The notes below the pieces were generated by a model, which was not told the DNA's origin, ran no database searches, and saw only the letters and a list, made by a program, of their open reading frames with translations. The position numbers and the translations under genes were made by a program. 64,000 bases of DNA, taken from the NCBI GenBank assembly GCA_018817795.1, contig JAHITJ010000208.1, positions 43,989-107,988 of the forward strand, in the 5' to 3' direction. Of the stretch, positions 17,818 to 26,646 are shown one piece after another (within the stretch, counting starts at the first letter, position 1; every line of letters starts with the position of its first letter). This DNA is from Myxococcota bacterium. GTDB taxonomy: Bacteria; Myxococcota_A; Polyangia; HGW-17.

Positions 17818-20274
17818 TCAACCCTTGCGCGACTTGAAGGAATGGAGCCACCGGCCCACGAAGAACCCGGACGGCACCAGAATCAATGCACACAGCAAAG
17901 TAGCAGAAAGTCCCAGGGTTGCCAAGCGTCCGATGGAGGACAGGCCCCCGTGCTGGACCCACAGCATGCCGGCAAAACCGACCAGCGTGGTCAGCGCGGC
18001 CATGCACACGGCCTGCCCGGTCCGGAAGAAGGCGGACCGCGGATCGGCCTCGTACTCGCGACCTGCGTGATACAGGTGCACCGAGGAGTCGATGCCCGTG
18101 CCGATGATCGTGGAGAGCACCACCATGTTGTACAGGCCCAGCCGCTGGCCCAGCAGCGGCAGCAGCGCCGCGATCCAGAACAGCGCGCCAACCAGCGGGA
18201 GGCTCACGACCACCGCAGCCGACAGCCGGCGGAAGTCGGCCAGCAGCAACAGGAACACGAGACCCAGCGCGGCAAACATGATGATCACGCCCTCGCGCCG
18301 GACCACCTCGAGGATGTCCACCAGGATGAACGAAGAGGACGCGGCCCGGGCACGGGCCCCCGGCGCGGCGCCCAGCGGCTCGAGATCAATCCGGGAGATG
18401 GCCTTCTTCAACTGGGCGGCCTCATGGGCATTCCAGGTCTCGCGAGCAGGATACAAATAGATAAACTTGCCCAACTCACCATTGCTCTCCGTGAAGCGCA
18501 GGCGGATCCATTCGGGCAGGTCCGGCGGGCCGATGGGCACCGAGGGCACATACTGCAGATAATGATTGATCTTCTTCTGCAGGTTCTCGTCGGCCCAGTC
18601 CTGCACCTGCATGAGTTGCTCGCGGATCTTCTCGAGGATGGCCAGCTTGGCCTCCTGCTGCTTCGGGATGAACGAATACATGCTGTTCATGTCCCGGATC
18701 TCGGGGTGGTGCAGCGGCCGCGTGAGCTGGTCCTCCCAGTACTTGGTGAGCTTCTCGCAGTCGGCCGCGGAGTCGCACATCATCACCGTCGGGGAGGCGC
18801 GATCACCCATGGCCTTGCCGTACTGCACGGAGGTGGACGGATTACCCGAGAGCCGCCGGAAGTTCGTCTCGAACTCCAGGCGGGACAGACCCCACGGCAG
18901 AAACAGGGCCGAGGCGATGAAGAACGTCGCCAGCACGAACACGCTCTTCCTCGGGAAGCGGCTGGGATCCCCGGCGGGCCCGAAGTTCCACTCCCAGCCC
19001 GAGCGCGGCCGCAGGGTGAACAACCGCTCCAGCAGCACGGCGAAAACCGGGAAGAAGAAGAAGAAGGACAGCATGGTCAGCAGCACGCCGGTGCCCGCGA
19101 TCAGGCCAAACTCCCAGAACCCGCGGAAGTTCGAAAAGAACAGCAGGTACAGGGCGCCGGAGGTGGTGGCAGCGGCCGTCAGCAGGGCCCGGCCCGAGGC
19201 CGTCATCGTGCGGGTCAGCGCCTCCTCCAGCGGGGAGAGCGTGCGCTCATGGAAATAGCGGACCGACAGGTGCACGCCGAAGTCGATGCCCATCCCCAGC
19301 AGGATGCCGCCGATGAAGGCGGTGATGATGTTGAGCTTGTCCACGGCCACGCCGCGGGTGATGCCCAGCGTGATCAGGATCCCCAGGATCAGCGGAAGGA
19401 AGATCAGCGGAAGGGGCCGCAGGGACCGGAAGAACAGCACCACCAGCAGTGCGATCAGGCCAAAGGAGAGCAGAAACGAGGAGGTGATGTCCTTCAGGAT
19501 CGAGTCGTACTCGGCCACGCGGTTGCGGTAGCCGCCACCCACCTCCACCTTCGGATGGGGCGTGGGAAAATCCTGCAGCACCATCGCAATCAGCGCCTCG
19601 GTGCGGTACACCAGGCTGCGCGCGGTCGCCATGTCCACCGACAGCATCTGTGGCTTGGCGATGACCGCCAGGATGGTTCCGTCGGGGGAGGCAAAGTAGC
19701 CTTCCAGGCCTTTGGGCTTCTTCCCGGCCGCTGTCTGCTGGAACTCGCCGGGGACGCGGGCCCGGACGTCGCTGTTGCGCACGATGTCCTCGAGCTTCTT
19801 CTCCTCGGGATCCTCGCCCTCGGGCAGCACGAGCAGCCCCATGGACTTGAGCCGCGAACGCCCAACCACGGTCTTCAACTGGGCCAGCAGTTGCTCCAGC
19901 CGGGGCAGGTCGAAATACAGCAGGGCGTTGCGCTTGAAGAAGTCCACCTCCACGCGGGCGGAGATTTCCGACAGGTCCGAGAAGTCCCGCCGCATGGCGA
20001 ACACCAGCGCGTCGGCGACCTCGCGGTTGCGCTCGGGGTCGGGTCCCTCGATGCCGACGATCAGGAAATCCGTGCTGCCGATGCGCCGGGAGGCCTCCCT
20101 GGCCGTCTTCACGGACTCCGTGTTCTTTGGAAGCAGCAGGTTGAGGTTCGTGGAAAGCCCCAGCCGCGAGGTGCCGAACAGCCCCGCAGCCAGCAGGAGC
20201 CCGAACACACCCAGCCACAGCAGCGGGCGCGCGATCGCCTGTCTTGTCCACCAGGTCAGCCACTTCTCGATCAT
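17818..20274 (-). CDS. MMPL/RND superfamily transporter
   Basis: Two repeats of TM + periplasmic domain + 5 TM; GMGIDFGVH and GTGIDSSVH motifs; AAATT and AALTT. Confidence 0.9.
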   Translation of the reverse strand: MIEKWLTWWTRQAIARPLLWLGVFGLLLAAGLFGTSRLGLSTNLNLLLPKNTESVKTAREASRRIGSTDFLIVGIEGPDPERNREVADALVFAMRRDFSDLSEISARVEVDFFKRNALLYFDLPRLEQLLAQLKTVVGRSRLKSMGLLVLPEGEDPEEKKLEDIVRNSDVRARVPGEFQQTAAGKKPKGLEGYFASPDGTILAVIAKPQMLSVDMATARSLVYRTEALIAMVLQDFPTPHPKVEVGGGYRNRVAEYDSILKDITSSFLLSFGLIALLVVLFFRSLRPLPLIFLPLILGILITLGITRGVAVDKLNIITAFIGGILLGMGIDFGVHLSVRYFHERTLSPLEEALTRTMTASGRALLTAAATTSGALYLLFFSNFRGFWEFGLIAGTGVLLTMLSFFFFFPVFAVLLERLFTLRPRSGWEWNFGPAGDPSRFPRKSVFVLATFFIASALFLPWGLSRLEFETNFRRLSGNPSTSVQYGKAMGDRASPTVMMCDSAADCEKLTKYWEDQLTRPLHHPEIRDMNSMYSFIPKQQEAKLAILEKIREQLMQVQDWADENLQKKINHYLQYVPSVPIGPPDLPEWIRLRFTESNGELGKFIYLYPARETWNAHEAAQLKKAISRIDLEPLGAAPGARARAASSSFILVDILEVVRREGVIIMFAALGLVFLLLLADFRRLSAAVVVSLPLVGALFWIAALLPLLGQRLGLYNMVVLSTIIGTGIDSSVHLYHAGREYEADPRSAFFRTGQAVCMAALTTLVGFAGMLWVQHGGLSSIGRLATLGLSATLLCALILVPSGFFVGRWLHSFKSRKG

Positions 20275-20282
20275 TCAGATGC

Positions 20283-22085
20283 CTATTCCCACTCGATGGT
20301 GCCCGGCGGCTTGGTGGAGAGATCCAGCAGCACCGTGGTGACGGTGGGGATCCCCAGAAGTTCGGGCACCACCGCGTCAAAGAACGCCTGCGGCAGCTCC
20401 GGAACCCGCGCGGTCATGCCCCGCTCGGAGGACACCGGACGCAGCACGATCGCGCAGCCGGCGGCATCGTTCGAGAAGGACACCGGAAGCAGCACCACCG
20501 GGAACTGCCAGACGGCGTCCATCAGGTCCTGGCCCCGCAGGGCGCCCGTGACGATCGCGTCTGCCTGCTGCAGCGTGCGGACGCGGTCAGGCGTGCAGGA
20601 TCCGGGGACGCAGGAGACCTTCGAGAATGCGGGACCCAGGTTCCACACGATGCGGTTGATCCCCGGAAGGGTCTTCAGGCGCGTGGCCACCAGGTCGGCC
20701 CCGGGCAGCACTCCCGACAGGCACAGCGGCAGCTCATAGGACCGCAGGTCCGCCTTCACGCCCACCGAGCGCAGCGGCAGCACGGTGGCCTGCATGCCCT
20801 CTGGCCAGACGGCCTCGTCGATGGCGGCCTGCACCACGGCCCGCTCCGCCGGCTCACGACCGTCGGAGGCCAGCACGCGCACGGCCAGGCCCGGACCCGG
20901 GAACGGGTGCCGGTCGATCCATTCGCCGGGGAGACCCAGCGCGCGTCCCAGGTCGCGCACTTCCTTCTTGTACAGGTCAGCGATGGGCTCGAGCACGCGG
21001 CCGGCGCGGATCATCTCCTCGATCAGGGGCACCCGGTTGTGGTGCGTCTTGATGACGTGCGCCCGGCGCGTGCCGCCGCTCTCGATGGTGTCGGGGTAGA
21101 TCGTGCCTTGCGCCAGCAGCGCGTCGGACAGGTTCAGCCGTGACATCTCCTCCTCGCAGACGGCGACGAAGAGCTCCCCGATGATCTTCCTCTTCTCCTC
21201 GGGGGAGATCACCCCGGCCAGCGCTTCGAAGAACCGCTGCGAGGCATCGACGAAGTGGAACCGATCACCCACGCGGCCGGCGAACAGATCCCGTACCTGG
21301 TCGCTCTCGCGTTCACGCATGAAACCGGTGTCCACGTGCAGCATGTGCACGCGCTCCCCGGGCAGCGCCCGCAGCAGCAGCTCGGCCACGACCGAGGAGT
21401 CCACGCCGCCGGACACCAGCAGGAACACGTCGCGATCGCCCACGGTACTGCGGATCGAGGCCAGCTTCTCGGGCAGGAAATTCTCCGCGCTCCAGGTCTT
21501 TTCGCAGCCGCAGATCCCGGCAAAGTTTTCGAGCATCACGTGACCGAACACGCTGTCGTCGACCTCGGGATGATACTGGAAGCCGTAGCGCCGCCGGTCT
21601 TCGTCGGCGATCGCGGCGAAGTGATGCACCGTGCCGTCGGCCGTGGAGCTGGTCCCGAGCTCCGAGAAGCCCTCGCCCACGGAGGTCACGGTGTCGCCGT
21701 GGCTCATGAACACGATGCTCTGCTTGGGCACATTGCGAAATATCGGTGAGTCCACTGTGATCTCGAGGGTGGATTGGCCGTACTCGGGCTGCCCGTGGAT
21801 GACCGTGCCGCCGTAGTGCTTGGCAATCTCCTGATGGCCGAAGCAGAAGCCCAGGATCGGGATCGGGAGGTCGAGGATCCGTCCCACCGCGGAGCCGTCC
21901 TCGTCGTAGGCAGAGAGGGAGGGGCTTCCGGAGAGCACGACGCCGCAGGAACGCGCAATCTCGTCAAGCGGGGCCTCGGGATCGGCGATGACGGCGTGAT
22001 ACCCGAGACCGCGGAACTTCGCCGCTATCAGGTGTGCATACTGGCCGCCGAGATCGATGACGGTGATGGGCAGATGCTGGGTCAT
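20283..22085 (-). CDS. guaA: GMP synthase (glutamine-hydrolysing)
   Basis: DLGGQYAHLI, GFCFGHQ (catalytic Cys), QYHPEV, SGGVDS, QGTIYPDTIES, IKTHHN, HPFPGPGL, KPPGTIEWE. Confidence 0.97.
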   Translation of the reverse strand: MTQHLPITVIDLGGQYAHLIAAKFRGLGYHAVIADPEAPLDEIARSCGVVLSGSPSLSAYDEDGSAVGRILDLPIPILGFCFGHQEIAKHYGGTVIHGQPEYGQSTLEITVDSPIFRNVPKQSIVFMSHGDTVTSVGEGFSELGTSSTADGTVHHFAAIADEDRRRYGFQYHPEVDDSVFGHVMLENFAGICGCEKTWSAENFLPEKLASIRSTVGDRDVFLLVSGGVDSSVVAELLLRALPGERVHMLHVDTGFMRERESDQVRDLFAGRVGDRFHFVDASQRFFEALAGVISPEEKRKIIGELFVAVCEEEMSRLNLSDALLAQGTIYPDTIESGGTRRAHVIKTHHNRVPLIEEMIRAGRVLEPIADLYKKEVRDLGRALGLPGEWIDRHPFPGPGLAVRVLASDGREPAERAVVQAAIDEAVWPEGMQATVLPLRSVGVKADLRSYELPLCLSGVLPGADLVATRLKTLPGINRIVWNLGPAFSKVSCVPGSCTPDRVRTLQQADAIVTGALRGQDLMDAVWQFPVVLLPVSFSNDAAGCAIVLRPVSSERGMTARVPELPQAFFDAVVPELLGIPTVTTVLLDLSTKPPGTIEWE

Positions 22086-22214
22086 GCAGCCTCCTTCTGG
22101 CCCAAGCTGTATAACAGATCCACCCGCGCGTGGCAATGTGTTGCGACGGCAACGCCTCGCGGAAAATTGCACATGTAGACAAATAGTGCTAGTGTATACC
22201 CATGTAGGTGAATC

Positions 22215-22916
22215 ATGTTTACGATGGCTCCCGTCTGGTTTTCCCTGTTATATTTTTTTCAGCCTGTCACCATCTTGATCGACGCCGGGCACGGCGGCAC
22301 CAACCTTGGTGCCGAAGCCGTGGACGGGACCTGGGAAAAGGTGCTCACCCTGGACCTCGCCCAGCGTCTGGAGCGGGCGCTTTCGGTCTACCCCGTGCGC
22401 ACGGAGATGACCCGCCGCCAGGATGTGCACGTCGGCCTGTGGCGGCGCGCCGAGATGGTCCGGCAGATCCGGCCGGCCTGCTTCGTGTCCCTGCACTTCA
22501 ACGCCAGTCCGCTCAAGAGCCGCACCGGGCTGGAACTGTACTTTCCCAGGGAGGATCTTGCCAAGTCGCCCGGGGCACGCCTTCGCGCACCCGCCGACGG
22601 AGGCCTGCTGGTGGAGGGCTACCTGTCCCGGCTGCAGAAGGAGACCTGGACTGTCGGTTCCCGGAACCTCGCCCGAAGGCTCGCCTGGCGCCTCGACGCC
22701 GCGGGCTTCAGGGTGGCTCAGGTCGCGCCCGCCGCGTTTGACGTGATCACGGCCACCGATACGCGCGCCCTGCTCGTGGAAGGAGGCTTCATCGATCACG
22801 AGAGGGAGGGGTGGAAGATCCTGGAGCCGGCGTACCGCGAGCAACTGGCCGTCAACCTGGCCCGCCAGTTGGCCACCCTCTGCATCGAGCCTGTGGAGAA
22901 TCAGATCACCTGGTGA
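22215..22916 (+). CDS. N-acetylmuramoyl-L-alanine amidase (Amidase_3), catalytic domain only
   Basis: ILIDAGHGG, EK, FVSLHFNAS, LLVEGGFI: zinc ligands and catalytic Glu all present. Confidence 0.9.
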   Translation: MFTMAPVWFSLLYFFQPVTILIDAGHGGTNLGAEAVDGTWEKVLTLDLAQRLERALSVYPVRTEMTRRQDVHVGLWRRAEMVRQIRPACFVSLHFNASPLKSRTGLELYFPREDLAKSPGARLRAPADGGLLVEGYLSRLQKETWTVGSRNLARRLAWRLDAAGFRVAQVAPAAFDVITATDTRALLVEGGFIDHEREGWKILEPAYREQLAVNLARQLATLCIEPVENQITW

Positions 22917-25029
22917 ATCTCTGCGTGCGGAACGAGTCGGCCACCGACCCGATGAAGGGCTGGACCGAGGGACCGCACCGCCGGTCATACACGAAGCGCA
23001 GCACCCATAGCATGCGGTCCTCGACCTTGATGAAGATCTTTTCGTTGCCGGGGGTTTTTTCGAAGGTGAACGAGTACTCCACCTCGGTCCATCCGGGCAG
23101 GAGGCGACGCTCCAGGAGCGTCAGTCCGTCCTTTTTTCCCTGCGCCTGGTGTTGCACGAGGTACTGCTCGATGACCTCGGCCTCGGTGCGGCTGCCCTCG
23201 GGCAGCTCGGCCTGATTGACGGAGACCGTCGGCATCAGTTTGCACATCGGGTTCTGCAGGCTCTCCACACCGGCCTGCCAGAACACCGGCGCGGTCATCG
23301 AGATCTCATATCCGCCCTGCCGCCAGGACATCGGGGTCAGTCGCGCCTTCCCCTGGTGCCGCACCACCTGCACCACGCTCAAAATCACCAGCAGGCATGC
23401 GACGATCCCGAGGCCGCGGAGCACCCATCTGCGCCAGGCACCGGTCGAGCCGAACACCAGGAAGAACCAGCCCAGGAAGGTGCCGCCGAGGAAGCCGCCG
23501 ATATGGGCCGCATTGTCGATCATGGACATGGAAAACCCCAGCAGCAGGTTCAGCAGCAGCAGAAACACGAGGTTCTGAATCTGCTTCTTCCGCCAGACCG
23601 GATGCCACAGATCCCGGGCGATGACGAACATCATCAGCACCGCACCGATCATGCCGAACACGGTGCTCGATGCGCCCACCGACAGGCCCTGCCGATAGAT
23701 CAGCGCTGAGGCGATGTTCCCGGTGATGCCGGAGAAGACGAACACGGCCATGGTGCGCAAAAAGCCGAAGTGCACCTCGAGAATCCGGCCGAACATGAAC
23801 ATCATCAGACCGTTGAGCAGCAGGTGGATCAGACCTGCGTGCAGGAACATGGCCATCACCAGCCGCCAGGGCTCCTCGAACACGCTGAGGGCCCGAAAGT
23901 TCGCCCCCAGTTGGTACAGGGTCCACAGGTCATCGGATTCGCCCAGCCAGGACTGTGCGAAGAAGGCCACCAGCATGCCCCCCAGGAAGAGCCCAGTGGC
24001 GATGGGCGGCTTGGGGCCGCGCACCTGCGCGAACCGCACCGGAACCTGAGAGGCCATACGCTCGAGCTCCTTCTCCAAATCGGAAGTCGGCGAGGCCAGT
24101 TTCTCGGTACCACGCAGGTCCAGCTCGCGGGCCAGCCGGTCCAGGATCGGGTTCTCACGGGCCAGCGCCGGGGGAAACTGAAGATAGCCCGAAGCCTTCT
24201 CGAGGTTGCCTTCCTGAAGATGGGACAGACCCAGCCAATACCGCTTGGAACTGACGGGAAACACGGGATGGCTTCGATGCACCGGGGACAGCGCACGCTC
24301 GAGTTGGTCGGAGTACCCATACGCTGCCAGCAGCATGATCTCCGACGACAGCAGCGCCGAGGAAACGGTGGGATCGGCCGGGTCAAACTTCTGCAACTCC
24401 CGGTAGAAAGCCCAGATCCGAACAGCGTCGCGGCTCTCCAGGCTCGCCCGGATCAGGGCCACGGCGAGCGTGGGCCGGCTCAGGCGGGTCATGCCCTCCT
24501 GCACCATGCGTTCATGCAGGGCCAGGCAGCGCTCCCACTGCCCGGAAAAAGCAAGCAGTTCCAGCAGCGTCTCCTGCATCAGTCGCTTGCCCGCCGGATC
24601 CGCGGCGCGGGAGATCTCGGACAGAAGATCCCGCTCGATCTCCTCGACATGGCCCGCGTGCGCCTTCCTCAGGCGTGCCACGTGCTCGAGCTGGCGACGG
24701 CCCTCCCTCGAGGGCGCGAAGACCTGCTTGATCGAGAGCAGGTGTGTGGCGAGATCCCAGCGGGCCTTTCCCATGGCGAACTGGGTGAGCAGCGCCAGGA
24801 TGCCCGGGATCAGGACCGCGCCGACGAAGATGCCGATGCCCAGCCAGGACCAGATCGAGGTCAGCCGTTCCGGCGAGGACAGCGCGTAGCCGCACAGGGC
24901 CGCATCCGCAGAGAGCAGCAGGTTGTGTGGCAGGTCCGCCATGAAGCCCTCGCGAAAGCGGCGGACCAACTGGAAGCCCAGGTTGATGACGAAAAGGAGG
25001 AGGAGAAAGCGGAGTATGTTTGGATCCAT
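22906..25029 (-). CDS. Rhomboid family intramembrane serine protease with N- and C-terminal extensions
   Basis: EPWRLVMAMFLHAGLIHLLLN, SVGASS (catalytic Ser), IDNAAHIGGFLGG (catalytic His). Confidence 0.9.
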   Translation of the reverse strand: MDPNILRFLLLLFVINLGFQLVRRFREGFMADLPHNLLLSADAALCGYALSSPERLTSIWSWLGIGIFVGAVLIPGILALLTQFAMGKARWDLATHLLSIKQVFAPSREGRRQLEHVARLRKAHAGHVEEIERDLLSEISRAADPAGKRLMQETLLELLAFSGQWERCLALHERMVQEGMTRLSRPTLAVALIRASLESRDAVRIWAFYRELQKFDPADPTVSSALLSSEIMLLAAYGYSDQLERALSPVHRSHPVFPVSSKRYWLGLSHLQEGNLEKASGYLQFPPALARENPILDRLARELDLRGTEKLASPTSDLEKELERMASQVPVRFAQVRGPKPPIATGLFLGGMLVAFFAQSWLGESDDLWTLYQLGANFRALSVFEEPWRLVMAMFLHAGLIHLLLNGLMMFMFGRILEVHFGFLRTMAVFVFSGITGNIASALIYRQGLSVGASSTVFGMIGAVLMMFVIARDLWHPVWRKKQIQNLVFLLLLNLLLGFSMSMIDNAAHIGGFLGGTFLGWFFLVFGSTGAWRRWVLRGLGIVACLLVILSVVQVVRHQGKARLTPMSWRQGGYEISMTAPVFWQAGVESLQNPMCKLMPTVSVNQAELPEGSRTEAEVIEQYLVQHQAQGKKDGLTLLERRLLPGWTEVEYSFTFEKTPGNEKIFIKVEDRMLWVLRFVYDRRCGPSVQPFIGSVADSFRTQRFTR

Positions 25030-25189
25030 GTTATCGCTCAGAGGACGCTGTAGCCGATGTTCAGATGGCCTAAACGGAAGGAAAGTCGAAACTGCATGTT
25101 TCTCACTGCCCGTGAAAGGCCGCAACAGGCATACCGCACCCGGAAAAAGTCACAACCGGAAAAAACTCGATTCCGCGAATTTCTTGAAT

Positions 25190-26116
25190 TCATTCATGAA
25201 TCATTCCAATCCATCGCGCAATTTCCTCGGTCGGAAGATCCGCCGCAGAAAGGACCTGCCCCGGAAAATCGCGAAACCAGGTCCGCTGCTGCTTCACGTA
25301 TTTCTCGTGGGCGTGGACAATGGCCTCCTCCAGTTGCTCCCGCGGGAGTTCGCCCCGCAGGCATGCGGCCACCTCCCGGTAGCCCACCGAGGACAGGGAG
25401 CGCACCCCGGAACCGTACCTCTCCAGAAGGTCGCGGACCTCGTCAGTGAATCCGGCCGCAAGCATCTCACGCACCCGGATGCGGATGCGCGCCTGCAGCA
25501 CCTCGCGAGGTGGGTTGATCACGAAGATGAGGGACTCACAAGGAGCCGCCCTGGAAGCGTCCTTCCTGTGGTGTTCGGAGAGGGGGATCCGGGTCTTATC
25601 CCAGACCTCCAGCGCCCGAATCAGGCGGATCCGGTCGTGGGGATGAAGCCTGCCAGCCGTTTCAGGATCCACCTGCGCCAGTCGCGTATGCAGGGTCCCC
25701 GGGACCGCGTCCTCCTCGGCGTTGCACCGGTCCCGGAAGGCCCAGTCCGCGGCCGGTCCATCGAACAAGCCGTGGGTGAGGGAACGCAGATACAGACCCG
25801 TTCCGCCGGCGACGATGGGGAAGCGCCCCCTGGCCCTGATTCCGGCGATGCTCGCCAGCGCCGCGCGCTGGTACTCCCCGACGGAATACGCAGCATCAGG
25901 CTCGATCAGATCGATGCAATGATGGGGCACCAGGGCACGCTCGGCGCACGTCGGCTTGGCCGAGCCGATATCGAGGTGACGATAGACCTGCACGGAGTCG
26001 GCGCTCACAATCTCCCCGTCGAACCGCCGGGCGAGCTCGATCGCGGCTGCAGTCTTTCCCGAGGCGGTGGGACCTGCGAGCACCAGAATGCGCCAATTCT
26101 TTTCGTCTTCAGGCAT
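25190..26116 (-). CDS. miaA: tRNA (adenosine(37)-N6)-dimethylallyltransferase
   Basis: LAGPTASGKT, SADSVQVYRHLDIGSAKP, PIVAGGTGLYL, RLIRALEV, KQQRTWFR. Confidence 0.96.
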   Translation of the reverse strand: MPEDEKNWRILVLAGPTASGKTAAAIELARRFDGEIVSADSVQVYRHLDIGSAKPTCAERALVPHHCIDLIEPDAAYSVGEYQRAALASIAGIRARGRFPIVAGGTGLYLRSLTHGLFDGPAADWAFRDRCNAEEDAVPGTLHTRLAQVDPETAGRLHPHDRIRLIRALEVWDKTRIPLSEHHRKDASRAAPCESLIFVINPPREVLQARIRIRVREMLAAGFTDEVRDLLERYGSGVRSLSSVGYREVAACLRGELPREQLEEAIVHAHEKYVKQQRTWFRDFPGQVLSAADLPTEEIARWIGMIHE

Positions 26117-26306
26117 GGAAGCCATCTCCCGGGACTGCCCAAAGATCCCCGACCGCCGCGGCCAGCTCCATCTCAAGGCCGCTGCAGTGTACCTTCCACC
26201 GATCCCATTGACAACTGGCACCTGGTCCGGTTTTTTTACTTGCTTTTGCAGTGGAATTCCTCTAATGCTTTGGTCGGTTGAGAAAGGACTCCACCTTTCT
26301 CCATCC

Positions 26307-26393
26307 GGAGAGATGTCCGAGTGGTCGAAGGAGCCTGACTCGAAATCAGGTGTACGAGTAATCGTACCGGGGGTTCGAATCCCTTTCTCTCCG
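26307..26393 (+). tRNA. tRNA-Ser (anticodon CGA)
   Basis: GGAGAGA/TCTCTCC acceptor stem, CCTGA-CTCGAAA-TCAGG anticodon arm, long variable arm, GGTTCGAATCC; 3' CCA not encoded (CAA follows). Confidence 0.96.
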
Positions 26394-26433
26394 CAATGAG
26401 CGCGCCTGCGCGCGAACGGCCTGCTTGATTATT

Positions 26434-26521
26434 GGAGAGATGTCCGAGTGGCCGAAGGAGCACGATTGGAAATCGTGTGTATCGCGAGGTACCGAGGGTT
26501 CGAATCCCTCTCTCTCCGCCA
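26434..26521 (+). tRNA. tRNA-Ser (anticodon GGA)
   Basis: GGAGAGA/TCTCTCC acceptor stem, CACGA-TTGGAAA-TCGTG anticodon arm, long variable arm, T-loop, encoded CCA. Confidence 0.97.
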
Positions 26522-26524
26522 TCC

Positions 26525-26626
26525 CAGCCTTTGAGGCTCCGGGCGACGCGAGTTTTGTGAACCCCGCCAGATCCGGAAGGAAGCAACGGTAGCTGTACGA
26601 GCGGGTGCCTGGAGCCTCAAGGGCTG
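26525..26626 (+). ncRNA. ffs: Signal recognition particle RNA (small bacterial type)
   Basis: Long hairpin closed by CAGCCTTTGAGGCTCC / GGAGCCTCAAGGGCTG with core GTGAACCCCGCCAGATCCGGAAGGAAGCAACGG; canonical position upstream of dnaX. Confidence 0.93.
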
Positions 26627-26646
26627 TTCTTTTCTGGGAGCCTTTC

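Noticed and set aside
17842..20739. Long antisense ORFs (this 965-aa frame, also 7270-9312, 33245-35629, 39046-40878 and others)
   Set aside because: Shadow frames of GC3-biased genes on the opposite strand, with no motifs or RBS.
26307..26626. Genomic island integrated at tRNA-Ser
   Set aside because: tRNA-ffs-dnaX-ybaB-recR is uninterrupted and no duplicated tRNA 3' end was seen elsewhere.
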